Assembly (NCBI RefSeq): GCF_006345805.1
Contig: NC_042997.1
Span: 149,978,001 to 150,042,000, forward strand
Reading direction: 5' to 3'
Source of the DNA: Octopus sinensis
Lineage: Eukaryota
Length of the DNA stretch: 64,000 bases
A program made the translations under genes and the position numbers. Under the pieces are notes generated by a model, which searched no databases, was not told where the DNA came from, and worked only from the letters and a program-made list of their open reading frames with translations. This document shows, piece by piece, positions 25,401-41,258 of the stretch; positions within the stretch are counted from its first letter, which is position 1; each line of letters begins with the position of its first letter.

Positions 25401-27009
25401 TACATACCATCTTCATTGTTTTAAAAATGAGAGTGAATGATTACTGTTAGAATGTTCCAGCTCATAGTTATGATAAGTCATATAGAGTTCAATTGATATT
25501 AAACAATAAATAGCAAACAATTTCTTGATAGTATCAAACATCCAAGACAATTATAATCTGACGCCAGCACTATTCTAACTACCATAGACCCCCAACAATT
25601 CCTTTTGCCACCCACTTATTCAAAAAGTGGACAATACTTCTTTATAACGTACATGTTGATTGGTCTCAGTTCTGTCCTGATTTAGCATACCTATGGTTAA
25701 AGACATCTCGAATATGTTCATCCATCATAATCTCAAATGCAGGGCAATGTAGATCAACATGCATTGTGTATCCTTCACTCATTTAAAGATAATTGAGTTT
25801 GATTTGGTTGGTCCTTCTAACAGAGTGTGTGACCAATACAAGCAGCTTGTCGATATAAGCAGGAGAGTATGTAAGAATCACCTACTTCGTATTTTCTCTA
25901 GAACTCTTCATCTGAGCAAATATTAATATCTCGCTCTGTATAATCAAATTGCTTAGCGATTCGGTATTTTTTTCTTATAATTCCTAACTACTATAATTCA
26001 TTTGCCAGAGAACCATCCAGTGTACTCTATACGATTGCTGTCTCTGCTAGAAAAAATATCCAAATTTACATCAAATCATACAGTACCAACTTGAAAATTT
26101 ATGCAACATTTCCATTCTATGAAAGCTTTCAAGAAGACAACATGACAATTAGAAGAGCGATGAAAAGAAAAACAACGAGTTATATAGTAGTTTTCATTTT
26201 ATTTTTCAATATAATGATAGGTATAGGAAGTGATCAATCTCTTAAGAGCAACGAACATAAAATAAAATATTTCTATGTGGATGTCGCCCCACAAAACCTA
26301 CGTTGGTAACCTATAAAAGACTTGAGCAGAAATAGATGAAAGACGAAATAAAGCAAGTAGAGACTATCTTTGACTACAAGGAATAATATTACAGGTGCAG
26401 TCTAATCAATAAAGTGTCAATTAAGTGTTCAGCTAATGTAAATGTCTTATATAATGTTAACGTTAGAGATGACTATTTGATGTAAAACTTTCGGGAATTT
26501 TATTTTGATTATAGATTTACTCAAAACAGTAGGTGCATTTGGTCACAATTAGTCACTGTAATTTCCACTAGACTGCAGCTTTAAAACTAGAGACAATTAA
26601 TTTCCTCTAGACTGAAGTTTTAACTACAGACTACCTACTGAAAACTACAGATTGTGCAGAGATAATATATAACTTCCCGTTATTTAAGCGTCTTAATTAA
26701 TTCTGAAGAACAGGAGTGATAATAATAACGTTGAGTAAAAATTTGCATACATGTTTCCGATTTAGTCTAGACGCAGATTTTATTTTATTTTATTTTTTTA
26801 ATGCCAAATAATGACGCATTAAACGGTGAATGTTGTAAGAATATAATGTTCTTTGCTGTGACTCTGTATTATCTGGGTGATATTGTGAGTTGTATCTTAT
26901 CGCCATCACTGCCGGTTAGAGTTAAAGAGGAACCGTCGTACCGTACGGTACCTCTTGGTCATTTCTTAAACTGGTGGATCGCATCTCTTTCTATGATTGA
27001 TCAAAGTCT

Positions 27010-27026
27010 TTTTCTTCTTCTGTTTC

Positions 27027-27108
<82 letters not shown>

Positions 27109-27367
27109 GAGAGAGAGAGAGAGAGAAGAGAGACATAGTTTGAGGAGAAGAAGAAGAAGAAGAAGAAGAAGAAGAAGAAGAAGAAGAAGAAGAAGAAGAT
27201 AAGAAGAAGATGAAGAAGAAGATGAAGAAGTAGATGAAGAAGTAGATGAAGAAGTAGATGATGATGATAATGACGACGACGACGACGACGACGATGATGA
27301 TGATGATGATGATGATGAGGAGGAGGAGGAGGGGAGGAGGAGGAGGAGTGGCAGCAGCAGCAGCAGT
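27010..27367. repeat. Compound trinucleotide microsatellite (TTC)n-(GA)n-(GAA)n-(GAT/GAC/GAG/CAG)n
   Basis: Direct reading. Confidence 0.95.
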
Positions 27368-28094
27368 CGATTTTGTTCTGAACTCAATCTGAACTCTTCC
27401 GGATTTTGAACTCAGAGCTCAGAAAGCCAGAACCAATACCGAAAGAAAAACTTCCTTTCGATGCTCTAATGACTCTGCCCAGTTCAACGCTAGCATAAAA
27501 GAGTAATGTTTCGTTAGCTCTGAGTGTCCAGTTCATTTGTTCATATGGGATAACTATTCATGCGATTCGAGGTGGGATAACGGAGGTTGGTTGTACATAA
27601 ATCTAAGCTGTTAAAATCAGAAAACATGTCCCTCAACGTAAGCAGTGTTTCGCTTACAGATCTTAGTGTCTAACTGAAATTTTATTGTGGCTTACAGCAT
27701 TCATATATTGGAGGAGGAGAAAAGAAAGGAAATGCAGATTCAATTGCCCACATTACGTAAAACTATACAATGGCACGGAAGTATATAAAACCAAAAGCGT
27801 TATTGTTTACGTTGCTCATGTTGATTATTTCTAAATCAGCGCTAACTGGATAGACTTGTGAAACAAGTTCCAATTATGACTATAACATTATTTTCTAGGG
27901 ATAGTGAATCTACGACTACTTAGTCCAATGTGTGTGCGTGTTTGCGTGTGTGCGTGTATGTGTGTGTGTTCGTGCGCGTGTATTTTAAGACAACATACTG
28001 AGATCAAATTAATGGAGATTTGATTTCTGTTATTTGCAAATCGAGACAACGTGTAACATGTTATATGTGATTAAAAGATACAAAACATACATTG

Positions 28095-28256
28095 CAAGGA
28101 AAGTGGCTGTGTGGTAAGTAGCTTGCTTATCAACCACATGGCTCCGGGTTCAGTCCCACTGCGTGGCACTTTGGGCAAGTGTCTTCTACTATAGCCTCGG
28201 GCCGACCAAAGCCTTGTGAGTGGATTTGGTAGACGGAAACTGAAAGAAACCCGTCG

Positions 28257-28305
<49 letters not shown>

Positions 28306-28526
28306 GTTTGCGTGTCTGTGTTTGTCCCCACCAACATCGCTGGGCAACCGATGCTGGTGTGTTTACGTCCCCGTAACTTAGTGGTTCGGCAAAAGAGACC
28401 GATAGAATAAGTACTAGGCTTACAAAGAATAAGTCGATTTGCTCGACTAAAGGCGGTGCTCCAGCATGGCCACAGTCAAATGACTGAAGCAAGTAAAAGT
28501 GTAAAAGAGTAAAGAGTAAAGAGTAA
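28095..28526 (+). mobile_element. SINE family A, full length
   Basis: gtggctgtgtggtaag..gggttcagtccc..ttgggcaagtgtctt..(TA)n(TG)n..ggcggtgctccagcatggccacagtcaaatgactgaa, then an (AAAGAGT)n tail. Confidence 0.92.
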
Positions 28527-29332
28527 TATTTGGCCTGAAATAAAGACATAAGATCGTCAAATCAAGCTAGTGGATTAGTGTGATGCATGAACAGACGTGT
28601 TAATTAAAAAATACTGTACGATATTGAAAGAATTGCTAGATATAGCAGCAAAATCCCTCTGAAATCTTTCCATGCGTTCTAAAATTAACGAAAAAAAAAG
28701 AGAAAAGCAATAGAACACATTGTATAATATATTTCTAAATACAGAATATCATATAGAAAAGACAGGAGTGTTATAGCTGAAGGATGTTTGATCATGGGTC
28801 ATTTCCAGCTGTTCTGATCTGAGCCCAAGCAACAAAAATGACAACAACGACGACGACGACAACAGCGCCACCACAACCACCAACACTACCAACATCAACA
28901 ACAACAACAACGACGACGGCAACAATAATAAGAACAACATGAAACATGATAGATAATAAATCCGTCTGATCCATGTCATCACGAAAAGCTGCGCGTTCAA
29001 CCAGTGATCATATTGTTTACGCATACAGTAATATAGATACGGGATTTTGATATGAAGAAGTATTCTTAACATGTTAATCTGGACTGAGTTCGTGTTAGGG
29101 AAATTTGCCGGCAACTGACGTCTAAAAAAATGCTTGCAAAGAATTTTGTTAATCTGACATGACACGTTCAACGTTTTGGGAAAGCAGAATATTAAAAAGA
29201 AATGATAAAAATTCAAGCCTTACGTCAATGTCTCTTGTAGGTCCGCATCACTTAAAACTGAACGATCGCTCTGAATACAAGTGGTAGGATTCGAGAAAGA
29301 AGTACGAATGTGAATCACCTCAACCTACGCAG

Positions 29333-29387
<55 letters not shown>

Positions 29388-31322
29388 ATATATATATGTG
29401 TGTGTTCGTGCGTGTATGCATCTAGGTATGCTTATGCAAGCACACACACACGCACACACATAAATGCAACAAGATATATGTATATGGTTGTGTGTGTATA
29501 CATATCTATATATGTATATATATATATGTATGCATGTATCTCTCTCTATCTATGTATAAATCTATCTATCTATATAGATATATAAAATATACCTTTATAT
29601 ATATATATATATATACATATAAGGATATATGCCCTGTATAAATATACGTGTGTGTAACAGTATTCCTCCCGATTGAATACGCACGAACATACACACACAT
29701 TCACACCCACCCACAAACTTCCACACACACACACACTCCTACACACACACATATACACATACACATACACACACACGTACACACACATAAACACACACAC
29801 ATAACACGCACAAAGAAAAATAAAACAAAATGCAAAATCGGAAATTGATATTTTCTTTATCAAGAAATATTTCCGGAAAATATGCATTTCCGTTAGCAAA
29901 TCTCACTGATAGGAGAATAGCATACACTTGCAACATCTCACTTGTGCAGACAGAAGTGTGGGATGTAGTGGAATAAAACAGACTGAAAAACATCCACCAG
30001 TGAAATCTTTGTAGAAACCACTGTGGCAATGCAAGTACGATGTTGAACTATAGCGACAGTCTTAAAGGGATATACACCATAATCCCCTTGTATTCTATTT
30101 TTGTTTATATATGTATGTATTTATTATCTTACTAACATATATTGTAGAGATAACCGAAGTCAGATGTTTCGGGCTGTTTTATTTCGTTTTTTCTTTTTTT
30201 TTTTTTGTGATTGTATTATGTTTGTTTTGTTTAGTTTTTTAGTTGTTAAGCCGTGGTTTAGGTCGCAAACATTCGTTTGTATGTGTAATTTTTCAATGTT
30301 TTTTTGTTTTTTTTTTCAGGCCAAAAATCTTTGAAATTATTCCCATGATTAATTTTGTGTGCAGGAGAGAGATTGGTGGAGGTGGAGGTGGAGGTTGGGT
30401 TGGGATGAATCAGACAGACATAGTAAGGGAAAGAAAAAGTAAGAAAGAGAGAGGAAGAATAAGTGATGAGCAAATATGCGATAGAGTAAAAAGAGAATGG
30501 AGGGCCTTCTGAACTATTTAAATATTACGTGTATAATGTATCCATGTGTGTGTGTGTGTATGTGTGTGTGTTCGAGTGATGGATATTTAAGTCATAAAAG
30601 GAGAAACTTAGAAATCATTGGCAAAAGAATTATTAGATAAGTCGTGTATTGCGCTCATTATTTAAGCAACTTTTGTTTATATCTATGTACGCATGTATGT
30701 ATATGTATGTAAGTATGTATGTATAATCAGTTATCTGTTAAAGTTATAAGTGTATGTGTGTGCGCACACAAGCACACACATCATCTTACTCCCAACAAAC
30801 TTGTTATCATATCACCGCCCCCACCACCTTAACAACAGTAACTCCAACTACAACCACGGGCGCCAACATTTTCACCACTACCACTACCCTTCAAAACTGA
30901 CTAAACTAAGCCTCCTAACACTCCTCTGTGTCGACTCAACCTGGTTCTGTTGTTGTTGTTCTTGTTATTGCTTTTATTCTTGTTCTTGTAGTTTCACTAC
31001 TAATTCTCTAACAAATCTGCAAATATTCCCCCAAAAGATAATGCCTTATCTCCAACAGCACATTTTAAAAAAGACCAGATTTTTTTCCCGTCCTCTACCC
31101 AGCTTTCCCCTTAACTCCTCTTCATTATAATTATCTTAGATGGTGAATGGCAGAATGTGTTATCCCACCGGAGTTGACTATGCTTTTCATCCATCCGGTC
31201 TCCATGAAATTAATAAGACGAAAGTGAAGTAAAGAGGTTGATTAAAACCTTTATACACCTTCACCAATCTTCTGGCCTTCTGTCAAGATTATAAGCTGTG
31301 ATTCAATATTGTTCTTGTGATA

Positions 31323-31542
31323 AAGGCGGCAAGCCGGCAGAGTCATTTGCATGTCAGGCGAAACACTTGGCGATATTTCACCCGTCTTTACGTTCTGAGT
31401 TCAAATGCCGCCTAGGTCGACATTGCATTTCATCGACTATTCGGGATCGATAAAATAAGTACCCGTTGAGTACTGGGGTAGATGTAATCGACTTATATCC
31501 TCCCTCAAAACTGCTGGCTTTGTATCCCAAAGTGAAACCAAT
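31323..31542 (+). mobile_element. SINE family B
   Basis: aaggcggcaagccggcaga..gagttcaaatgccg..gggatcgataaaataagtacc; a more decayed copy lies at ~31140-31290. Confidence 0.85.
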
Positions 31543-32017
31543 ATTGTTCGAGTGATAAAGTTATTCCTTTTCGTAAATATTTTCAGCCCTTTACAGCATC
31601 TGTTCTAATCTTAGGAAGATGGACTTATCCAGCCAGTTCAGGATTGATCTGATCATCGACTTATTACTGCCGATATATATTCTTCCCGAAAATTTGAAAA
31701 CTTATGCATATACTTGTGATTAAAATTAACCAAGTGGTTTGGAAAAACTACTGGTTAGTATTTAGTTATGCCTCTTTCTTAATTCAAATTGATCGAGTCA
31801 ATATATCTGCCTTTGTTTCAAAAGTACAATTGGTGATTTTTCTATTGTGATTGTCGGAAATAGTAGAATACAAATGATGCCTTTATTTAAATTCTGAGCT
31901 CAAATTCAGTTAAAGTCAACTTTGCATATCTAGCTTTGGACTGCAAGTAGAAAGGAATACAATTGATCGTTCGTTTTTGTTTTATTTTCTTTAATTATAT
32001 TTCTTTACTACTCACAA

Positions 32018-32175
32018 GGGGCTAAACACAGAGGACAAACAAGGACAGACAAACGGATTAAGTCGATTATATCAACCCCAGTGCGTAACTGGTACATAAT
32101 TTATCGACCCCGAAAAGATGAAAGGCAAAGTCGACCTCGGCGGAATTTGAACTCAGAACGTAGCGGCAGACGAAT
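32018..32175 (-). mobile_element. SINE family B with alternative tail
   Basis: tatttctttacta..aaggggctaaacacagag..atcgaccccgaaaagatgaaaggcaaagtcgacctcggcggaatttgaactc. The tail extends left to ~31998. Confidence 0.85.
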
Positions 32176-32934
32176 ATTTTCTTTAATTATTCGAGTATCA
32201 TTCGAAGGGGCTTAAAAATTTGGCTATTTGAATATTGTCAGTTGAAAATCTGTCGACGCCAACAGTTATATAATTAGAACGTATCTACACTTATGTATTG
32301 TCAACTGCGCTATAGTCAATCAAAAGAGGAAGAAGAAAATAAATTATAACATCTGATATCTTGAAGAATTTCCAAAGAAATTCGTACCATGATCATTTCA
32401 TAAACGAAGAAGTCTAAGAAAGAGAATAGTCACAAGATTCCAAGACACAGTTACAAAACGAAGTCAGATTTTGGGGCAGTAAGATCCACAATATGAAAAA
32501 TGATTCGGTTCCACTTAGTCCGTGATCTTCATTCCACTCTCGTTTCTCCTATATTCGTCCACTGAGATGGCATTGAATGATGCTCCAACAGCTCAGACAA
32601 CCATTAAGAAAGTTGCTAACAGAAGGAAAGAGAAGACGACGAATACCATCGACCACATGGCATCGAACTTTTCATGAAGTCTTGAAGGCTATTGTCAAGA
32701 GACACTGGAAAATATAGAATATGTAACAAATCGAGAATACTGAGTGTGGACTGGCAATCGTGTGGAGTGTATTGTGATTGATGTATTGCTATTGATTTAG
32801 ACGACTCTACAACTACTTCGAAATCTGTAGTTTCGTGGCAATAACAGTAACCATTACTAATATTAAATTTTGCCTGAGACAGGCGTGTCGAGTGAAGCTC
32901 TATCAATTTTGGCAAGAAATATATTTATTTCTAA

Positions 32935-33625
<691 letters not shown>

Positions 33626-33889
33626 AAAGTGCAGGCCACGTGGATCCTGATGAGGAACAACTTAAACAAAGACATAGTTACTGCCTTGACATATTTTTAT
33701 GCAGCACAGAATTTTGTCAGTGAACAGGTCGCGGTCTCAAAGCGACGAAAATATTTTGGCAAATTAAATTTAAATGTTGAAGTGAATCTAACGCTTTTTG
33801 TGTGTTTCTTGAATGGCTTATAAACACCTTCCACGCTGCAAATGTTTTCATATTTATATCATTCTATATATAAAGTAAAATGTTTTAAC

Positions 33890-35137
33890 CAAGCAGCTAA
33901 AGTATGAAATCTGTAGAAAAGAAGAAAAGTTTGCTAATGTTTTATAGATATAGTTTTATTTATCACAGTATGCACCAATGTTGTCAATATACATTTGCCA
34001 TTTCAGCAGTAGTTTGCCACGACCAAAACTATGAAAGTCTGGCAATTTAGCCAATAAAATCGTCGAAGGCCTGGTTTACAGCATCGTCGGAATTAGGTTT
34101 TTTTCCTATCAAAATGTTTGGAAGAAATGGTAGTCAGTGGGAGCAAGATCAGGTGAATATGGTGGATGATGAAGAACTTTCAACTCCAACTCCTGTAGTT
34201 TCGTCAATGTCATTTTTTGCGATGTGTGGTCTGGCGTTGTGTTGCAATAAAATAGGAGTGGGCTAATCTAGGCTGTTCTTTTGTAAGTTTTTACATCATT
34301 TGGTCCAGTTGGCTGCAGTATACTTCGATTGTGATTGATGAACAAGGTTTAATGAAATCATAATGGATCACACCTTCGCCAGACCACCAAACACTCACTA
34401 TCAGCTTCTTTTGATGAACTTTGCTTTTTGGATTGTGTTTTGGTGGCTCGTTTTGGCTAACCATTGTGCTGCTCATTTACAGTTGTTGTATTAGATCCAT
34501 TTCTCGCCACATGTTGCAATTCGAATCAGAAATTATTCATTTTTGTGACAAGAAAGTAGCATAATGCAGCCTTCCAAACGTTGCTGTTTCTGATTTTCAT
34601 TTAATTCTAGTGGAACCCACTTATCCAAATTTTCACTTTACCGATTTGAACTAGGTGAATCAATACTGTTTGCTTGCTAACCCCAAACAACAACGTTAAT
34701 TCACGGACACTATGAGATGGATCTGACTCGACGGTGGCCTTCAGTTCATCATTATCCACCTTTGTTTCTGGTCGAACGGGTTGCTCATTTGTGAGGTCAA
34801 AGTTATCAGAACGAAATTTTGCAAACCAATTTGATACTGTCTGCTGTGTAATAACATTAAATGAAATACTCCATTAACATTCGAGCTGTCTGTGATGCTG
34901 TATTTCCAAGAAAGAACTCATATTTCGAAGCTGTATGAATTTCCAACTTATCCATCTCTAAACAAAAATAGTAAAAAACGATTTAAAAATACTAAAAATG
35001 AGCTAGAATAAAAAATTAGATGTGTCAGCTTTCTAACAAAAAATAAAGTTTGTCAAAATATAATAATGGCGCAAAACAAGCAGCTGTCAAAGTTTACCAT
35101 ATACCTAACTACAAATTTCATACTTGACGACCTAATA
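33890..35137 (-). mobile_element. Mariner DNA transposon, decayed transposase (ATG at 34955)
   Basis: MDKLEI..., WVPLEL, TCGEKWI, KKLIVSVWW..GVIHY, NARPH, HPPYSPDLAPTDYH. TIR ttaggtcgtcaagtatgaaatttgtag plus TA at right; partial TIR aagtatgaaatctgtag at left. Confidence 0.92.
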
Positions 35138-35640
35138 CAAAGGGTTGATGCTTGTGTTTGAACGCTGAGATGAGATGTGATAAATAGTCATTGGAAGGAA
35201 AATGTCCTAGAATTCTAAGGAAATGGTTGTGGGAAATTAGCGATAGTTATTAGATAAAATTGAATCAGTTTGGAACTATTTTATAATAATCGAAGAATTA
35301 GTGACGACAAAGGTACTTGATCAATTTTTAGATACTAAGTACAAGGGTTGCTTTGTTTGTGTTAAAAAACGTTCATTTTCAAACGTGGAGATACGATATC
35401 ATTGGGTACGCCACGCCTTCTGTGATTCTGCAAAGATCTACTCCATACAATGTCTGCTGTTTGCAATTAATAGTCTAGATGGTTAAAGTACAGGATTGTC
35501 TTTGGGGAGAAGGTAAGATTAACGGCAAAAGTAAAGCTCAATAGATCATTGCTGTTTAACCTTGTTCTAAGTGCAGTTTGGTATCATCATCAGTCTAGGG
35601 AATTATTCGCTGTATAATACTAATCAAATGGCATTTGTTC

Positions 35641-35853
35641 TTACTCTTTTACTTGTTTCAGTCATTTGACTGCAGCCATGCTGGAGCACCGCCTTTAGTC
35701 GATCAAATCGACCCCGGGACTTATTCTTTGTAAGCCCAGTACTTATTCTATCAGTCTCTTTTGCCGAACCACTAAGTGACGGGGACGTAAACACACCAGC
35801 ATCGGTTGTCAAGCAATGGTAGGGGGACAAACACAGACACACGCATATATATA

Positions 35854-35908
<55 letters not shown>

Positions 35909-36069
35909 TACGACAGGCTTCTTTCAGTTTCCGTCTACCAAATCCACTCACAAGGCATTGGTTGGCCCGGGGCTATAGCAGAAGACACTTGCCCAAGATG
36001 CCACGCAGTGGGACTGAACCCGCAACCATGTGGTTGGTTAGCAAGCTACTTACCACACAGCCACTCCTG
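35641..36069 (-). mobile_element. SINE family A, full length
   Basis: Reverse complement of the full family A structure with internal (TA)n; a second tail fragment lies at ~36080-36150. Confidence 0.92.
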
Positions 36070-37014
36070 AACATGTATATTTGTTTCATTTAACTGCGAC
36101 CATGCTGGTGCACCGCTTTAAATGGTTTTAGTTGAAGAAATCGACCACAGAATTTATTGTTTAGTGATTTTTGAAAACAGTTAGCTACCCCAATTGCACT
36201 CACGACTTGAAAGCATTTTTGCACTTGATCTTTTACTTCAAGCGTCAGGTATAATGAGAAATATCACATTCCATATGGGACGCAGGTAGCCGATCCGCAC
36301 CAAACTACACGAATAGAAGTTGAAGATAATATGGCGCTCGGAGACATGTTCATACCATCCAATGCTTGTTTCTAAAATAAGGGTCTGTTTAAAGTGAACA
36401 GACTCCAAGGACTAAAATAAAACTGTGCTTGGATCGACCGCAATCAAGAAAAGGTTGAGGGGAAGTCTGTCCTTGGAAGGCTCAGTGGATGTACTGAATA
36501 CGTTTACAACATTTGAGATATATTTCTCTCTGACCACCATAATGTGCACCAGTAAAACAGAAAACAGACATATCAAACTAGGATGAATTCTAGTTTAGTT
36601 TATGTTCAATAAATATGTTATGCTAGTCAGACATGCCTGATGCTAATAGCCACGTCAGAGTAAAGGTCTAGACGTGAATAGGTTGATGATGTGCAAGCAT
36701 GTACTGAATAGGTTCCTTGACAAAGAGTGTGTTTCTTTTAGCTACCCATTCAGATGAAGCGTAGATCCCGAATGGACATTTGGTACCTGGGTATTTGCAA
36801 AGTACTCACAGTTCTTTAAAGGTTGTGCATGAGTATGGTGTAAATTTGGCTATTTGCAACATAGCAGATTAGATGGCTGAAAATATTCTGACCGTGGAAT
36901 GGTAATTTGTGTATCTATAAGAATAATTTGCACAAGCTCTTCCGAAGAATTTCACTTCTTAAACACACACACACACACCACACACACACACACCCACACA
37001 CACACAGATGCAGA

Positions 37015-37040
37015 TACAGACAGATAAATAGATAGACAGG

Positions 37041-37118
<78 letters not shown>

Positions 37119-37353
37119 TATAGATAGATAGATAAATAGATAGATAGATAAATAGATAGATAGATAGATAACTAGGCAGATTGATAGAGACAGATAGACA
37201 GACAGACTGATAGACAGACAAACTGACAAAGGAAGAGACACAGACAAATATACATACATACAGACAGACAAACAGACAAACAGTCAGTCAGTCAGGCAGG
37301 CAGAAAGACAGACAGGCAGAAAGACAGACAGCTAGATAGATAAATATGCAGGC

Positions 37354-37395
<42 letters not shown>

Positions 37396-38369
37396 GTAGA
37401 TAGATAGATAGATAGATACCCTTTGATTATATAAAATATATTGCGACGCTCTCAAATTGGCACAGCTACTGGGAAGCATTGCACACTCCACTGGCATAAA
37501 TGTTTCATTACCCTGATACTTCCATTCGTTAAACGTAAAGGGATTGCTGATTGTATGGAATAATGTCGGCGTTCGTTTAATGTCAATGGGTTGCTCATTT
37601 CGAGAATAATATCAACATGCTACTACTGTCTTCCGAACAACGTATCTAGCAGACCTTCTAGTTCAGAATCGTTAGGCCACCTTTCATCTCAAAAGTAATA
37701 GCAGACAGGGATTCGCATGGGGAAAAAAAAAGACACTCGAAGTAAGCTTAATGACGAGATTTTAACTCATTTAAAAACCTTTATAAGGTGGAGAATAAAT
37801 AGAGCTGTTAGCGTGTTGGAAATAGAATGCTTCGCAGTGTTTGTTCCAATTTTCTGCACTCTGAGTTCAATTCCCGACGAGATTACTTCTGTCTTTCATC
37901 ATTTCCTGGCTGATGGAAAACATCAGACTAGGGCGGTGAATCAACAACAGAATTGTGATAACGTCAAACGGGGAATCTGTTTGGGCTATCTGTCTATCTA
38001 TCTATCTATCTATCATCTATCTATCTATCTATCTATCTAACTATCTATCTATTTGTCCCTTCTGTGTTCAGCCCTGTGTGGCTAATAAAGAAACATATCT
38101 ATCTATCTTCCGATCTATCTTTTTTCATTTCTCTTTTCTTTTGTTCCTTTTCCTTTTCCTTTTCTTTTTTTCTTTTTCTTTTTTTTATTTTTTATTTTCT
38201 TTTTTTTTTGTTCTTTTCTTCCCTTTTACGATCCCTCTTGATCGAAAATCTACGCCACCCTTTTTTTTTTTGCTTCTTTTGTTTTTTGTTTTTTTCATCC
38301 CCCAAAAGAAAAGCTCTACCTTGTAACTTGTCCCATCTGTGTGCAGCCCTGTGTGGCCAATAAAGAAAC

Positions 38370-38447
<78 letters not shown>

Positions 38448-38470
38448 GTCTGTCTGTCTGTCTGACTGTC
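37015..38470. repeat. (GATA/GACA)n tracts facing (TATC)n tracts, with two orphan retroposon tails
   Basis: GATA 37020-37417; TATC 37986-38050 and 38370-38465; ttgtccc.tctgtgt.cagccctgtgtgg..aataaagaaac at ~38053 and ~38328. Confidence 0.85.
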
Positions 38471-38654
38471 TGTCCGTAAGTGTATGTTTGTTTAAGAAAA
38501 ACATTATTCGCAAATACTTGCTGTATGCCCAGTGCGTATTTTAGTCCCTTTAAGTCGTTCATTTAGTAAAAAAACATCGTCGTTGTACACTTTCTAAATT
38601 GTTTTATGCTCTTCTGTAGTCAGCAGTCATTTACAACTCCAACAAAGAAAGACA

Positions 38655-38657
38655 ACA

Positions 38658-38691
<34 letters not shown>

Positions 38692-39595
38692 TTGCTATCA
38701 CAGCTATAAATGCTACTTTCTTTTCTGCAGCTGCTACTGCTGCTGTTACTACGACTGCTCTTCTTCTTCTTCTTCTTCTTCTTCTTCTTCTTCTTCTTCT
38801 TCTTCTATTCCGTCTCCTTCATTCTTTCTTCTATTTTGTCTTCTTCTTCTACTCCTTCCTCTTCTTTCTTCTTCTCCTGTTTCTTCTTCTTCCTCATCTT
38901 CTTCTTCATTCTTTCTTCTATTTTGTTTTCTTCTTCTACGCCTTCCTCTTCTTTCTTCTTCTCCTGTTTCTTCCTCTTCCTCTTCTTTCTTCTTGTACTT
39001 TCTTCTTGTACATCTTCTTTCTTCTTCTTTATCTTCTTCTACTTCTTTTTCTTCTTCTTTTTTTTCTTTTTTTTCCACTGCTGCTGCTGCCGTTGCTGCT
39101 TCCTCTTTTGCTACTACATCTGCTACCCGTGTTGCTGGTTCTTCTGCTACTACTGTTGATATCTGCTGCTGCTGCTGCTCATCATATTTCTCTTCCTACT
39201 GCTTCCGATACTACTACTACTACTACTACTACTACTACAGCAGCTGCCACTGTTGCTGCTATTGTCTTTGCTTTCAAAGCCACTACTACTACTACTACTA
39301 CTACTACTCCTACTGCCACTACCACTGCTGCTCTTCCTGCTTCCTGCTGCTCTAATACTGTTTATTTATTCTGTTGCGCTTCTTCTATGGCTGCTACTGC
39401 TTCTAGTGTTACTGCTTTTGCTGCTACTACGACTGTAGATGCTACTGCTAGCTTCCCCTGCTGCTAGCTTTTCTGCTTCTGCTTCATCTGACGTTGCTAT
39501 CACTACTTCTGTTTCTGCTTCTACTTCTGGTCATGATGTTCCCGCTGCTATTACTACTGTAACTACTGCTTCTAATGTTGCTTATAATAATGATG
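38655..39595. repeat. Mosaic CTT/CTA/CTG low-complexity tract with an internal ~85-bp duplication
   Basis: ttcattctttcttctattttgt...ttctcctgtttcttc occurs at ~38818 and ~38905. Confidence 0.9.
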
Positions 39596-41258
39596 ATTGA
39601 CAGAAAGAGAGAGAGAGAGAGACAAAAGCACAAACAATGAATGGATGGGGGTTGGGTTTAAATTTATTGATCCAAAATATAATCTGTCCTTTTGTTTGCA
39701 CTATAGAGGTAAATATCAAAATTCCAACTTTACCATGATACGAACTGATAACGTAGATTAATAATGTAAGGCAAAAAAAGCTACAGATTTAGTCCTTAAC
39801 CCAACTGTTTCACCCTTATAAAATATTCGACCTAGTTGATATTTAGCACAAGGTCAACCCTCATCAGTCAAACTTATGATTAAATATCATTATAGCTATG
39901 ATCATCACTCATTTTTTGGGGAGATATGTCTAAGATTGCATCGAATAATCAGCTGGAGTAGGCATCCTTCTGGGGTCAAAATGATAATAACGTCGGTTTC
40001 TACGGAACGGTCATGTTGAAATGGCGATAAGCATTACTTCTCAGTATAGTTTCTGCTTTCATCCCTTATAGAAATTTTCTAACTAGCTAATTTGCTTGTT
40101 CTTAAGATTGCATTATTCATAATGTTGTTTCCTGTTTAGAGTTGGTAGAGTGCGAAGATATTTAACTGCTATTTCTCCCAATTCAAGTAGCTTTATACAA
40201 CCTCTACACATCGTAAACAGTATGCTCTGACCAAAATTGTGACCTTGCGGATTACAAATCCTCTATATTTTCCATATACAATCGATTTCAACGGCCATTA
40301 ATTCTCGACTGATAATAATTTTATCGACCAGAGAAAAATCTAAGCAAGGTCGATTTTCGATTTGAATTTAGAGCGTTGTGGACAAAACCAAATAACAACA
40401 TAAAGCAAAACAATAAACTGTATTTTACCTTTTAATAATTGAGATAAATTCACAATTTCAATGATTTAAAATTTCGTAATAATTATTTGTAAATGAAGAC
40501 ACAAGACAACAAATTGTGTTAGCAGAAACGTACTCTTTGCACTGCGTAGAACATGCGTGCGCATGTGTGCACGTTCATGTATACGTGCGTGTGTATGTAT
40601 GTGTGTGTGTATATAAATATATACATATGTATATATATACATATAAATGTATGTATCCATGTGTGTTTGCGTGTGTGTGTATGTGTGTGTATGTGTGTGT
40701 GTATGTGTGTGTGTGTGTGGTGTGTGTGTGTGTGTTGTGTGTGTGTGTGTGTGTGTGTGTGTTGAGTGTGTGCGTGTGTCTGCTTACGTGTTCTTTCCCG
40801 AAAACAGCAGTTCTAGAATTCGTTTATATTGTCTGGCCATTGTCATATATGGTTATAGTCCACCAAGGAAATATTCATCCATATTTTCCAACATATATTT
40901 TAAATTGTATTTCATGAAACATAAGATATTTCTCGATGAATTTATTATGTATCCTAAAATAAAAATAACAATTTTTTGTAATACAGATAAAAAGCCAGAC
41001 GTTTTCCGTGAGTGAAATAACCGATACTTTGCCTCTAGTATTTGACTATTATTTCCTTTTAATGAGTCTGAAGTTGTGAAACACAAAGTTGAGATCTCCG
41101 GGATTTGAACTTAGGATTTGAACTCGGAACTTAGATCGGGACTTAGAACAAAGAACCTGGAGGTTAAACCTCGAGCTCTACAGATTCTGCCCGTTCACCG
41201 CCCTTAATTGATGAGTGAATCACAGATGGACATATAGAACGTGAGAAGGGAGGCTTAC

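Noticed and set aside
38606-39467. 249-aa and overlapping ORFs
   Set aside because: Stop-free trinucleotide mosaic, open in several frames, with no domain signal.
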